Positions 14,645 to 25,599 of a DNA stretch of 64,000 nucleotides are shown piece after piece; position 1 is the stretch's first letter, and every line of letters begins with the position of its first letter. A program made the position numbers and the translations under genes. The stretch comes from Cyanidioschyzon merolae (lineage: Eukaryota): assembly GCA_000091205.1 (NCBI GenBank), contig AP006501.2. One strand, 5' to 3'. The notes under the pieces are model-generated. The model worked only from the letters and a program-made list of their open reading frames with translations. It ran no database searches and was not told the DNA's origin.

Positions 14645-14934
14645 GCCCCTGCACGGTGCAATCGATACCACACGATCCCTAGTGATGCACCAGAATCACA
14701 GGTGGACACAGGTACTTGCCTTGCGTTGTTCGGTTTTTCCACAGCAACCGCGCTCCGCATCTATGTCGATGCGAGCAGACTTTGTGGGTGTTTTGGTGAT
14801 CCTATCACAAAACGGCTGGTGCAGTGCACAGGGAACGTTTACGGGACGTACCAGAAGCAATAAGGTCGAATCACCGTAGCAACAACAACAGCAGCAGCAG
14901 CAGCATACTACCGTATGCGCATGGAGCGCAACGC

Positions 14935-17106
14935 TTACTCAACCCAGCCAATGCGATTAAAGGGTGACTGCATGATACGCTCGTATCGTGGCATGTCCGT
15001 GGGTGACGGGAGAATCCATCGGATGTGGTCTTCGAGTAAGGTGCACGTCATACGCGCCCCGAGTGCCATCATCTCGAGCCCTGGCGCCAGTCGCTTGATC
15101 ATTGCCGGATAGAGCAGGCGTGCACCGAGCACAGTAGCGAGCGCTTTGTTGGCATCAGCGCTTCGACGTACTGGATAGCAGCGGAACGCATGCAAGCGGC
15201 TAAAATAGACTCCATAACATGTAAAGGTGCACTCGTGTGCGGCGCTGGAGGCGTCACCGCATGTCGATTCAGCGAACAGCGGGCGCACGAATCCATTCGT
15301 GATACGATCCGCGAGCACTTCTTCTACTTCTTCTTCTTCTGGTGCAAGGAACAACAACCGATACAGATAGCGCTGGATGTCGCGTTTCGACGATCCCGGC
15401 GATGCAGACGTATCGAATCGTGCGAGTCGTTCCAAACGAACGAGACCAAACTCGGATGCGGATGCCGGGCGTAGCCTTGGACCACGCTGTGCGGTATGCG
15501 CTGGTGCGTCCTCACTAGGCGTATCGACGCTCTGTGGATCGACGCAGAGCGGCGTCTTAAACGTAACTAGATCAGGGAACTGAGCTTCGGTGTGATAGCC
15601 GCACTGCCTCAGCACTGAATTCGCGAGTCGTCCAACCACAAGGGCAACTGCGCGTACCCCAGAGGCGGCCGATGTTCCAGGGACGCGCGCAAACGCCGCA
15701 GCGCTGGAAACCACTGGCGCCTGCGCTGCGTTCGAGTGCCCAGTGCCGGCATCGGAGGCGACTGTGGCAGCCTCGGCGGGCATCGTTGCGTCGCCAAGTG
15801 GCGGCTTTTCGATAGGTGCGAGGTCGACGCTGTCGACTGGCGGCGGCTCGGAGCAGGCCAGCACCACCGCGTCGAAGCAGACGTCGCACGAGGGCGTTGC
15901 GTCAGCCGGGAACTCGAGGCGCCAACGCGGCAACTCGGATGCCGCCGCATCAGCAGGCACCGCGTGGATACGGATTACCCTGGCGTGGTGCATGACGCGT
16001 GCCCCGCTCTTCTCCACGAGTCGCTGACAGAGGCATTCGAGGCCCTCGAGGGCACCATACTCGTCTGCGTCGCAGAGATTGAGGCTCGCCATGGCCCGCA
16101 GCCCAGCGAAGCCATTCACTTGCAACAGCAGGCATGCGTCGCGGTCGTGCACTTGTCCAGGAGATGCGGTACCGAACACCTCGCGCAATGCGACCGGCTC
16201 CAGAATCTCCTCGGCGAACGCGAGTCGGATGTGGGCATCGCGGCAGAGCTGAGCGACGTTGGTCACTGCCCACGACCACATATCAGCCGCTTGGAGAAAC
16301 TGTGCAACCGACCAGCAGTACGCTACGCCTTGTCGATAGATTCGTCGCCATTGGTCCGCGAATCCGGCACCCAGCTGGGTCGCAAGCTGAGCAGATCGAC
16401 CAAACCGTCGCCGATGCTGCAGACGCTGCCAGGTACGCATCAGAAACTTGTGCCCGTACGTGATGTACGGCATCTGGCTCAGCGACATCCACATCAGGCT
16501 GATTCCAATCAGTGCCCAGCCCAGGCGCAAGAGCCAGCGCGTGTAGCGCAGCGCCATCCGCAGCGCCAGCATTGCCAGCACAAAAGGCAACAACTGGGCA
16601 AGGCCGGTGTCCTCGAGACCGCTGGTAAGCGCGTTTAGCCACGGCAGACCGCCAAACGCGCTCAGACGAACCAACGTGCCAGTGTCTGTTTTCGTAGGCC
16701 AGTCCAGCACTGCTGTGGCGTATAGACCACCGTGTGCTGGACTCGCTGCGCGTCGGGGCTGAACGCGCATCCCGCACCGCTTGATTAACTCCAAGACACG
16801 CAAGTCATCTGCTGTGAACGAGTCCCAGAGCCCGACTTCTACGTTGACCCCCTGTACGGAGACACTTCGAACAGAGCCACCCAGACGATCGTGCTGCTCG
16901 AAGAGGACAACTTCATGATCAGCCGGCGCTTGGTTCGGATCACACTCGCCGTTGTCTCTCAGGGTTTTCAGTGCACGAGCGACCTGGTACGCGGAAACGC
17001 AGCCACAGAAGCCGCCGCCAATGATCGCCACACGCATACCGCTCCACGACACGTTGCTGCGTCTGCGGTGCCGCACCAGGCTGCACAGCTTCGCCCTAGT
17101 ACACAA
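14935..17106 (-). CDS. FAD-dependent oxidoreductase, putatively prenylcysteine-oxidase or amine-oxidase-like (723 aa).
   Basis: The N-terminal Rossmann dinucleotide-binding motif is MRVAIIGGGFCGCVSAYQV...VVLFEQHDRLGGSV, a GxGxxG-x17-E/D pattern resembling prenylcysteine oxidase (VIGAGIGGSSAAYYL...LFER..VGGRL). The ORF is long and uninterrupted and lies convergent with the VPS13-like gene. The middle of the protein contains a hydrophobic insert. The functional assignment is tentative. Confidence 0.55.
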   Translation of the reverse strand: MCTRAKLCSLVRHRRRSNVSWSGMRVAIIGGGFCGCVSAYQVARALKTLRDNGECDPNQAPADHEVVLFEQHDRLGGSVRSVSVQGVNVEVGLWDSFTADDLRVLELIKRCGMRVQPRRAASPAHGGLYATAVLDWPTKTDTGTLVRLSAFGGLPWLNALTSGLEDTGLAQLLPFVLAMLALRMALRYTRWLLRLGWALIGISLMWMSLSQMPYITYGHKFLMRTWQRLQHRRRFGRSAQLATQLGAGFADQWRRIYRQGVAYCWSVAQFLQAADMWSWAVTNVAQLCRDAHIRLAFAEEILEPVALREVFGTASPGQVHDRDACLLLQVNGFAGLRAMASLNLCDADEYGALEGLECLCQRLVEKSGARVMHHARVIRIHAVPADAAASELPRWRLEFPADATPSCDVCFDAVVLACSEPPPVDSVDLAPIEKPPLGDATMPAEAATVASDAGTGHSNAAQAPVVSSAAAFARVPGTSAASGVRAVALVVGRLANSVLRQCGYHTEAQFPDLVTFKTPLCVDPQSVDTPSEDAPAHTAQRGPRLRPASASEFGLVRLERLARFDTSASPGSSKRDIQRYLYRLLFLAPEEEEVEEVLADRITNGFVRPLFAESTCGDASSAAHECTFTCYGVYFSRLHAFRCYPVRRSADANKALATVLGARLLYPAMIKRLAPGLEMMALGARMTCTLLEDHIRWILPSPTDMPRYERIMQSPFNRIGWVE

Positions 17107-17964
17107 TCCGTACCGGTATCGTTTACACGGGATACGGAATCAGCAAGTGCCGCGAATACCAGAGTGCTTCTGCGAAGCTCGTCAGGCGGCAGCGGTGCTG
17201 GTCTAGCGCCGGCGCATCGAATCGCATCGCATCTCCTGCGCGCATCTTCGACTGGCGCGCGCAGCGGCGGGATGCAGCATCGTTGCACGAATTCGCGACA
17301 AATAGGACATTGGTAGGTGCTGTGCTATCTCATCGAAGGAAAGCCCTTGTTCTCCATAAAGCGACTTCTTGCTTGTTTGATGGGGTTTCCCGGCACTGCA
17401 CCATCATTATTTCTATGGGGAAATGAGCGTGTTCGTCTTGACTGCTGGCCTGGTCGCTGAGAATTCAAAGCGGAAAGCTGCCGTTCTGGGAAGCGCAGTG
17501 AATGTGGTACACGCTCAGGTCTTCTGATGACACCACTTGTGCCCGCGATAGCAGCGGCCAAATGCCTCGCACGAGACCTGTCGCATGCGCTGTGCGTCGA
17601 GCGTCGGACCTTGAGCGAGCACATGGAAGCGGGCAGCGCGAAACGCTCACCCGTTTTCAAACGACGCATGCGGCGAGCAGTGCGGTATCTGCAACGTGAC
17701 TGTTTGGATCAAGCTCCAAAGTAACAGGAAGTTTTCAGATACGGTATGGTGCGATTTTAAAGCACTTGGGCTACTGGCAAGGAGTGCAGCATTCGCAGCG
17801 TGACTATTTGGATGAAACGCTCGTGTAGCGGTATGTTTTCGGATACGGTCTGGTGCTATGGAAAAAACCTGCATTCGGAGTGAGGTATCGCATCATCGCT
17901 CACTAAGCATCCGTGCATGTTTGAAGCTGGACACGGATTCGATGCATCGATCCTGGACATGAAG

Positions 17965-17995
17965 GAAACACGCAGCAGCAGCAGCAGCAGCAGCA
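17965..17995. repeat. Intergenic (CAG)n microsatellite of about 10 units, upstream of the MAPK gene.
   Basis: cagcagcagcagcagcagcagcagca. Confidence 0.95.
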
Positions 17996-18343
17996 GCACA
18001 CGCACCACCCCGGGAATATTTTCCCGCGCTGCTGTTGTTGCTGCAACGTCGTCGAGCCCAAATTGGACACGCAGTACTGGGCACGTGTCCGCGACGCACG
18101 GCAGCTCCAGTGCGAATCGACAGCGGCACGCGACGCGACGCCACAATCACGGAGACGTGTCCGGGGCCGAACAGCACGGCGCTGGCCCTGACGTGTCCAC
18201 GCACCGCAGGCACCGCACGGTAGGCCGTGCAGGGGGCGCGTTCCCCGGTAGAGCGCAGAGAAATACTGTTTCATTTCTCCTGCGACGTGGTTTCTTTTTC
18301 AGAGGACTCTGCCGTACCGAACGCTGTCGCTATAGGCTGAATC

Positions 18344-19489
18344 GTGTTGATGCACGCCCCTATTGTCCAAGAAGCAGGAGATATTAACAGGTCTTCTAAA
18401 ACGTTTCTGGTTGGTAACACCAAGTTTACCGTGCCTGCCCACTATGAGCTCGTGCGACCTCTAGGGCAAGGCGCGTACGGCCTTGTCGTCGCTGCGCGGG
18501 ATACTCGCAACGGTGCTGGTGTCGCTATCAAAAAAATCAGTCGGGTGTTTGCGCACGTTACAGACTCGAGACGGACGCTGCGAGAAATCAAGTTATTGCG
18601 TCACTTCCACCACGAGAACATCATCGACCTGTTGGACTTGTTCACGGAACCAGGTGCGACAGCCGCGACTTTTGACGACGTGTATCTGGTTAGTACGCTT
18701 CTCGACACGGACTTGCACCAGATCATTGCCTCTGGACAGAAACTGACCGATGATCATTTTCAGTATTTTATTTACCAGGTTCTACGCGGTCTGAAGTATA
18801 TCCACTCAGCGAACGTGCTCCATCGCGACTTGAAACCGAGCAACCTCTTGGTGCGTGCAAACTGCGACCTCGTGATTGCCGACTTTGGTCTCGCGCGCGC
18901 TGCACAGCCGCGTGTCGACGACACGAGTCATCAGATGCTGCTCACCGAGTATGTCGCTACCCGGTGGTACCGTGCACCAGAGATCATGCTATCGTGGCGA
19001 CACTACACTTCAGCGGTGGACATTTGGTCTGTGGGATGTATCTTCGCCGAGCTTCTGGGTCGCAGGCCGATTTTCCCAGGTCGCGACTATCTCCACCAAC
19101 TGCAGTTAATTACGCAGGTACTCGGGACGCCCAGCGAGGCCGATCTCATGGAAATCGCCAGCGAACGGGCGAAGCGTTTTATGCGCTCGCTACCCGTTCG
19201 AACACCGCTGAAGTGGAAGGATTTGTTTCCGAGGTGTGAGAATCCACTGGCCCTTGATCTTTTATCGCGTATGTTGTGCTTTTCGCCGGATCAACGGATT
19301 ACGGTGGAGGAGGCGCTTGCGCATCCCTATTTGGAAAAGTGCGCCGATGTCAACGATGAGCCTGTATGTGATCGTCCCTTTGACTTTTCGTTTGAAGAGC
19401 GCGCTGATCGAGGTGGTGCTCCCGAAATTCGCCAAATGCTCTGGGAAGAGATCAAGGAATTTCAATGCATTAGGCGGGAAAAGCAATGA
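18344..19489 (+). CDS. MAPK: ERK-type mitogen-activated protein kinase with a TEY activation loop (381 aa).
   Basis: Visible motifs are the Gly-loop [31 protein letters not shown], the activation loop [13 protein letters not shown], and the MAPK C-lobe signature DIWSVGCI...P.FPG.DY..QL. Confidence 0.9.
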   Translation: MLMHAPIVQEAGDINRSSKTFLVGNTKFTVPAHYELVRPLGQGAYGLVVAARDTRNGAGVAIKKISRVFAHVTDSRRTLREIKLLRHFHHENIIDLLDLFTEPGATAATFDDVYLVSTLLDTDLHQIIASGQKLTDDHFQYFIYQVLRGLKYIHSANVLHRDLKPSNLLVRANCDLVIADFGLARAAQPRVDDTSHQMLLTEYVATRWYRAPEIMLSWRHYTSAVDIWSVGCIFAELLGRRPIFPGRDYLHQLQLITQVLGTPSEADLMEIASERAKRFMRSLPVRTPLKWKDLFPRCENPLALDLLSRMLCFSPDQRITVEEALAHPYLEKCADVNDEPVCDRPFDFSFEERADRGGAPEIRQMLWEEIKEFQCIRREKQ

Positions 19490-20179
19490 GCAGCTCACGG
19501 CGACGCGGGGCGATACGCGTTGTGCTCGGGTCGCGCAGGTGCAGAGCGCCTTGACGGGCGTCTGTGTCATGCTGCAACGCTGCGCGGGTTCGTCCATGTT
19601 CATGGAGGGTTTCGCGATCTTTATAGCACCGTGGCGGGTCTCGCTTGGATGCTGTGAAATAGCGAATCATGTGATGCCATGATCGTTCGGCGATCGCACA
19701 GGAGACTCGTTCGCGGCATACGAGGATGGCGCTCCCGCCTCGCTGGATTGCTGCAACGTACCAAGCCCATGTGTTGTTTTTATTTGATCACCAACATGAG
19801 ACGAGGACGCACATGGTGATGAAGGAAGCTTGAATACAGTTCTTGGATCCCATGCGCAGGTCGTAGTGCATCTCTTGTCTAGAGCATCGGGTGTGATGCA
19901 GCAAGCGAGTTTGAATGATGGATTCCGGGGGAATGTGGACAACCTGCAGCACTGCATGCGGACCGCTTACAAACAGTTGCTTGACGAGATGCGTCAAAGC
20001 GAGAGCACCCGACAGAGCCGTGCTCGAGTAACAGGAGACGCAATCCCTGATGGCACCTTGAATCAACCGTTTTTAGGTGATTCTCCCCGGACCATCCGTT
20101 TTACATTTCGGTTTCTCGTCATCCGCTTTTGGGGAGAGGTTTTGTCTCCTTTGTTCCATGATTTGCTCTCCTTCTCGTT

Positions 20180-21192
20180 TATTCGGCAGGGTAGCATACA
20201 TGTAACCGCTCTCATCCATATCCGTTTTCTCGCACCCAGACGCACTGGGTGGCCTGTGGAACTAAACCTCCATCTTCTCATGTATATATCTACGGTTTCT
20301 CAAGTATCTTCCCGTCAACCTCTCTAAAGGCGGGGCAGCATACATGGAACCGCTATCATCCATATCCGTTTTCTCGCACCCAGACGCACTGGGTGGCCTG
20401 TGGAACTAAACCTCCATCTTCTCATGTATATATCTACGGTTTCTCAAGTATCTTCCCGTCAACCTCTCTAAAGGCGGGGCAGCATACATGGAACCGCTAT
20501 CATCCATACCCGTTTTCTCGCACCCAGACGCACTGGGTGGCCTGTGGAACTAAACCTCCATCTTCTCATGTATATATCTACGGTTTCTCAAGTATCTTCC
20601 CGTCAACCTCTCCGAAGGCGGGGCAGCATACATGGAACCGCTATCATCCATATCCGTTTTCTCGCACCCAGACGCACTGGGTGGCCTGTGGAACTAAACC
20701 TCCATCTTCTCATGTATATATCTACGGTTTCTCAAGTATCTTCCCGTCAACCTCTCCGAAGGCGGGGCAGCATACATGGAACCGCTATCATCCATATCCG
20801 TTTTCTGGCACCCAGACGCACTGGGTGGCCTGTGGAACTAAACCTCCATCTTCTCATGTATATATCTACGGTTTCTCAAGTATCTTCCCGTCAACCTCTC
20901 CGAAGGCGGGGCAGCATACATGTAACCGCTATCATCCATATCCGTTTTCTCGCACCCAGACGCACTGGGTGGCCTGTGGAACTAAACCTCCATCTTCTCA
21001 TGTATATATCTACGGTTTCTCAAGTATCTTCCCGTCAACCTCTCCGAAGGCGGGGCAGCATACATGGAACCGCTATCATCCATACCCGTTTTCTGGCACC
21101 CAGACGCACTGGGTGGCCTGTGGAACTAAACCTCCATCTTCTCATGTATATATCTACGGTTTCTCAAGTATCTTCCCGTCAACCTCTCCGAA
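20180..21192. repeat. Tandem array (minisatellite-like) of a 144-bp unit in about 7 copies at high identity.
   Basis: The unit cgcacccagacgcactgggtggcctgtggaactaaacc...catatccgttttct recurs at 20231, 20375, 20519, 20663, 20807, 20951 and 21095, an exact 144-bp period. Because the period is a multiple of 3, it produces artefactual read-through ORFs in two frames (20249..21208 and 20544..21269). Confidence 0.9.
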
Positions 21193-22264
21193 GCGCGGAC
21201 GCCCATAGACCGAAGCTTGCCTCGACGTTCTCTCCCGTGCTCGATCAGAGCCGCAACATATCCGCATAGTGTTGGTGCAGGTTGATGACGAGTTGTCAAA
21301 GGACAATGTCATGGCCGCAACCGATGTGTCTATGGACCAACGAGCATGAGAATGGCGTTCAACAACAGACAAGACGTCTTCGTCTGGATTGAGCCAGGCA
21401 GAACAGGAGTGCACGAAAAGCATCCCAATGCTGATATCTGATGAATGCCCGGGGACCGCTTTGGGGTAATAGAAAGCGACGCTGCCTAGGAGTTGGACAA
21501 AAGAATGCGGTATGAAGATCCCGAGAACTGATTTGACAAAGGATGATCTGATCCATGCGTCTGTGCATTTGGCGATTTGTAGACGATAACCCATTTTCTA
21601 ACAGCAGCCAGGTCTAATGTTATCGTCCTTTCCGCGTTTCTCCTCTTCATCAGCCGCGGTTGATAGCTCTCTGAGCCCCAGTATACAGGTCGGCAATGTC
21701 TCCCGAGTTTATTCTAATCAAGCGAGGCGAGTATCCGGCCGGCATGAGGTACGCGTTCGTGCTCCAGAGCGACATCGACGGTGTGTTGTTCAACGCGCGT
21801 AAGTCTTCCACAAAAGCGCTCTCCTTCCGTTATCCATCCGTGTCTCTTCATCACAGTTCGTCTCTAGGGAAATGGAACTTCACATCCTGCAGATTCTCTG
21901 GTTGTTGTTCTTAAAGAACGAATCGAATGAAATTCATTGACGAGTTGACAGACGTTTATATAGAATTTGATATGTTCGGTTTTGGCAACGCGGCGTTTAA
22001 GATACGGACGAGGTTCAGGTTGGTTCATGCACTTGCTGGCCTCAGAGTGGCCGACTTGTATCGCTGTGCCCGTTCCGCGCAAGCGAACAATCATTGCCAA
22101 CCGTCCTTCCAGCGCCTTTGTCCAATCTACCATACACATTTCTGTTATAATGTATCTGCTAGACAAACAAACAAAAACAACAAGCCCATGTCTCTGAAAG
22201 TGTTCCAGCATTCACTGTTCTCTATTCAACCCTGAAATACGCGCAACAGCCAATGTCCGAGGTC

Positions 22265-23083
22265 TCATCGAGACTTGACTTGTTTTCGTTGCTTATACGC
22301 CAAGTTCGTTCCGTATACCTCATCGCAATACGTGAAGATACTGGCATAGTTGCCACTGTACAGGTAGTGATGATAATCATGATGCTCCGTGCCACCGTAA
22401 AACGGTAAATATGCATTAAGGTTCCAGCGAAACTCGTAGCCACTGTGAATATCAATGGCCTCGTACTGCCGTAGCATCATCCAGATCAGGGTCGTGAGCA
22501 AATGTGACGACAAAAGCACGGGTCCCGCAATGGTAGGTATCCCCAACAGGATGACCTCCAGTGGATGCGCATCGGTAGCTGCGAGGCTGAACGGCGTATT
22601 CCATTGGTGGTGCCAGTAGTGGATATGTCGATAAAGCCAGGGTGTATGCAACCAGCGATGGATCCAGTAGTTACCAAAGTCCTCGATCACGAAACACGTC
22701 AGCACATGCAGCACCACTTCATCAGCACGGGGCAGGGGCGGCTCCCGGCGCACGCCCACCCATCGAAACACCGGATACGAGAACGCAATCAGCGGGAGCA
22801 TAACGCCAAAGAATAAAAAGAAGAGCGATAGGAAGCAGCGTGATAGAGCGCGCGCATCTGGATACCATTGTTTTTGGACTTTAGCAGCGCGTGCGGAACT
22901 TGGTCGCACCAGGTCCAGTATCAGGTACGGAATGCAGCCCAGAAAGTATCCCAGAACCAGTGCCGCGAAAAGGCCGCCCACTGTCATTTGAAAGTCTGTT
23001 GTCCGTTGGTATACGGCGAGCCAGAGGCGCTGAATGGCGCTCCACCGCGTAGCGATAGCAATGACAGTGAACTCGAGGATCAT
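22265..23083 (-). CDS. Membrane protein of the fatty-acid-hydroxylase superfamily (sterol desaturase / C-4 methylsterol oxidase-like), 272 aa.
   Basis: Histidine boxes HRWLH...HYWHH...HHDYHH are arranged as in ERG25/SMO enzymes (HRxxHH, HxxHH, HxxHH). The N-terminal half contains hydrophobic transmembrane segments. Confidence 0.8.
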   Translation of the reverse strand: MILEFTVIAIATRWSAIQRLWLAVYQRTTDFQMTVGGLFAALVLGYFLGCIPYLILDLVRPSSARAAKVQKQWYPDARALSRCFLSLFFLFFGVMLPLIAFSYPVFRWVGVRREPPLPRADEVVLHVLTCFVIEDFGNYWIHRWLHTPWLYRHIHYWHHQWNTPFSLAATDAHPLEVILLGIPTIAGPVLLSSHLLTTLIWMMLRQYEAIDIHSGYEFRWNLNAYLPFYGGTEHHDYHHYLYSGNYASIFTYCDEVYGTNLAYKQRKQVKSR

Positions 23084-23694
23084 TGCTCAGAGTTGGGGTC
23101 AGATGTTATCGGTAGACGATGGAGCAGGCCAGGGAAGCGATGAAACAACGCGGGCAGATAAAGCGCAGTACTATTCTTGCTCGTATTTCCTGCTGAAAAT
23201 AAAATTGAGCGTTGCAAGAGCAGCAGACACTGTAGAGTCGATGCAGGTTAAGTGTTCCCAGCACCGGGTAGCAGTGCTCGCGTCGTGGAAAAAGGACGCT
23301 GCCCAGCACAGGAGTAGCTGTCTGGCTTCAGGAGACCCGCTGCAGATGCAACGCGCCACAGTCGAAATTTTTTTCCTCAGGGGCGCGCACCTCAGTCCAG
23401 ACGTCGGTTATCGAAGACGCAATACGACACGTTCAAACTGCAACGCAGTTGGTTCTTTTCCAAGAAAACCCAGGGGTGTTAGCCCCAACTGCCGTAGAAC
23501 TCGCGAGGTAACGTACGTTGAACGATGCGCTTACGAGAGACCCACAGACTTGCTAGCAGCACTGGTGCTGGTGATGGTGCGCCCGCAAGTCGTAACACTG
23601 GAGTTGCTCGTACAACGAACCCCACTCGAATAGTGTACAGTCACTTGACGAAACGCGTGGTATCGCTTCGGTTCACGCAACCGTAAAGTTGCGT

Positions 23695-24200
23695 ATTAGT
23701 GGCGCTGGCGCACCGAGGCGCGTTGCCATGTGACGTATCATTTATGTACATAAACATACATCTATAGACCAATTATTCCTATCCCTCGCAACCGCCGTCT
23801 TGCGATCGTATCGATGATAGAGGTGGCAGTCAGTAGCGCACGGAGGCGCGTTGCCATGTGACGTATCATTTATGTACATAAAAATACATTTATGTACCAA
23901 TCATTCCTATCCCTCGCACCCGCCGCGTTGCCATCGTATCGATGATAGAGGTGGCAGTCAGTAGCGCACGGAGGCGCGTTGCAATGTGACGTATCATTTA
24001 TGTACATAAAAATACATTTATGTACCAATCATTCCTATTCCTCGCATCCGCCGTCTTGCGATCGTATCGATGATAGAGGTGGCAGTCAGTAGCGCACGGA
24101 GGCGCGTTGCAATGTGACGTATCATTTATGTACATAAAAATACATTTATGTACCAATCATTCCTATTCCTCGCATCCGTCGCGTTGCCATCGTATCGATG
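23695..24200. repeat. Tandem array of a 128-bp unit in about 4 copies. Each unit carries a perfect 14-bp palindrome (TTTATGTACATAAA) and a TGACGT motif.
   Basis: The motif cgttgccatgtgacgtatcatttatgtacataaa recurs at 23721, 23849, 23977 and 24105, an exact 128-bp period. The array lies about 0.6 kb upstream (5') of the minus-strand fatty-acid-hydroxylase gene. Confidence 0.85.
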
Positions 24201-24839
24201 ATGCGCCCGTCACCCCGATGCCAGATGCAGAGGAAACGAATTCCATGTACGGAACTCGGGTGTATGCGCTATCGTTGGAGTCGCTGTTCCCGGCATCATC
24301 GACATCTGCCTTTGGAGGCGTTTTTCTGGCGCTGTTTCCTTTGCGCATCTCATGTATCTGGCTTTACATACGAAAGTCTCTGGTTTCCTTCAAGTTCTGC
24401 AATCAGAGGTCAATGGATGCTGGAGCCAGCGTTCGAGTCCCGATTTCGCAGCTTCCCGCTATTGCAGACGCATTTCGTTCACAGCATGTAGTTACGATCT
24501 ACACTGCTCTTGCCATTGTCATCTTGTTGGTATTCAGCTTGGGTGCGCTCTATCTATGGGTAACAAGCAGCTGTGGCCTAACATTCGCAGGTAAACGCCA
24601 AACATCTGTTTCCGAGCACCGTCCTGTGATTCGCGAGCGCTAGCTTTATCGCTCGGCGCATGTCTTGGCTGGTACGCAAATCGCTCCTCAATATCCTTCT
24701 TCGAGTTCGCGTCCAGTGCTGTACCCTACGATCACGGGCTTCTTCTGTGCAAAGCCGTTGGCGAGTATTCTGTCCGTCGCTTTCACACACGAATGCTATT
24801 CGATTCGACACAGAATTGGTGAATTTTCATCTTGTCCAT

Positions 24840-25470
24840 TATGCAACAAGTACCGAAAGGAAGATCCGAACTGGAGAACGAGTCATAATTTTCGATTCGT
24901 CTCCAGATCCACCGTGCGAAGCGGAAATCCACACGCTACTGGTAGCGATCGCTGCGATCACGCAAACCGTTCTCTTCGATCCTTTTCCAGGCAAGTAGAA
25001 GCGAAGGAAGCGTCTGGCAGCATATCCCGCGACAAGTATCATACTGCTGTGAAATCTGGTTCCATCGACGGCCACTGACATGGGAGAATTTATCTTTCGG
25101 AAGGAATCCAGTATTTGCGTTTCATATGTTCACTGATCATTCGATATGGACTTGTGAACAAGTCGTCAGTACATGACGGTAGAGACTTTTCCTCCTCCAT
25201 ACGATTGCGCGAATAGCTGGGCCGTCTGCGACTCGCCTGAAAACAGAGCGATCGAAAGCCTGAACCAACCATGATTCTCGCACAGCACACGTACGGACAG
25301 CGCAAGCGTCGAGGCTTGTACGTATGCATTGGATCATGACATTGGATCGTTTACGAAACCCAGTTCGAGGGCGTCGCGCATCATCTTGATTCTGGTCAAG
25401 TAACGAAACCCAGCGGCAACGCATCGATAAAGCCACACCCCGCAACCAAAACCGAGCATCCTGAAACGAG
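24840..25470 (+). repeat. Dispersed repeat copy A (about 600 bp, diverged), homologous to 38030..38640.
   Basis: Aligned blocks include caagtaccgaaaggaagatccgaactggagaacgagtc...gcgatcgctgcgatcacgc...gtaacgaaacccagcggcaacgcatcgataaagccac, which match caagtaccggaaggaaaccctaggctggagaacgagtc...gcgatcgctgcgatgactc...gtaacgagtcccggcggcaacgcgtcgaagcagccac in the second copy. Confidence 0.6.
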
Positions 25471-25599
25471 GTCCACATCCCTGGTCCCTTCGAGCTGCAC
25501 TTCGGGTCACCAGACGCTACATCGAAAAAACTTTGAAAAATAAACAAAAAGCTGGAACAGTGCAAACACTTCATTGCTCCATTTTCATGCGTCCGAGTC

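Noticed and set aside
3391-14760. Dozens of 60-200 aa ORFs on the opposite strand or in other frames inside the VPS13-like, CPSF160, XRN and other long genes.
   Set aside because: GC-rich DNA has few stop codons, so these are expected artefacts. They overlap well-supported long CDSs and show no recognisable motifs.
20180-21192. The possibility that the 144-bp array is 5S rDNA or an snRNA gene cluster.
   Set aside because: The unit lacks the 5S hallmarks (box A, box C, or a GGGAATACC-type core). It does not resemble U-snRNA Sm or box elements, and 144 bp is short for an rDNA unit.
20249-21269. The 319-aa and 241-aa 'repeat proteins' translated from the 144-bp array.
   Set aside because: Their period is exactly the tandem-repeat unit and they read through in two frames simultaneously. 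No start context or homology supports them. I treat them as a non-coding satellite.
24421-24450. A GTTCGAGTCC tRNA T-loop-like motif (a similar ccttcgattcc motif occurs at 54745).
   Set aside because: The flanking bases do not form a 5-bp T-stem or acceptor stem, and no cloverleaf could be built by eye. The second site lies inside the inverted-repeat arm. I cannot support any tRNA call without running tRNAscan.
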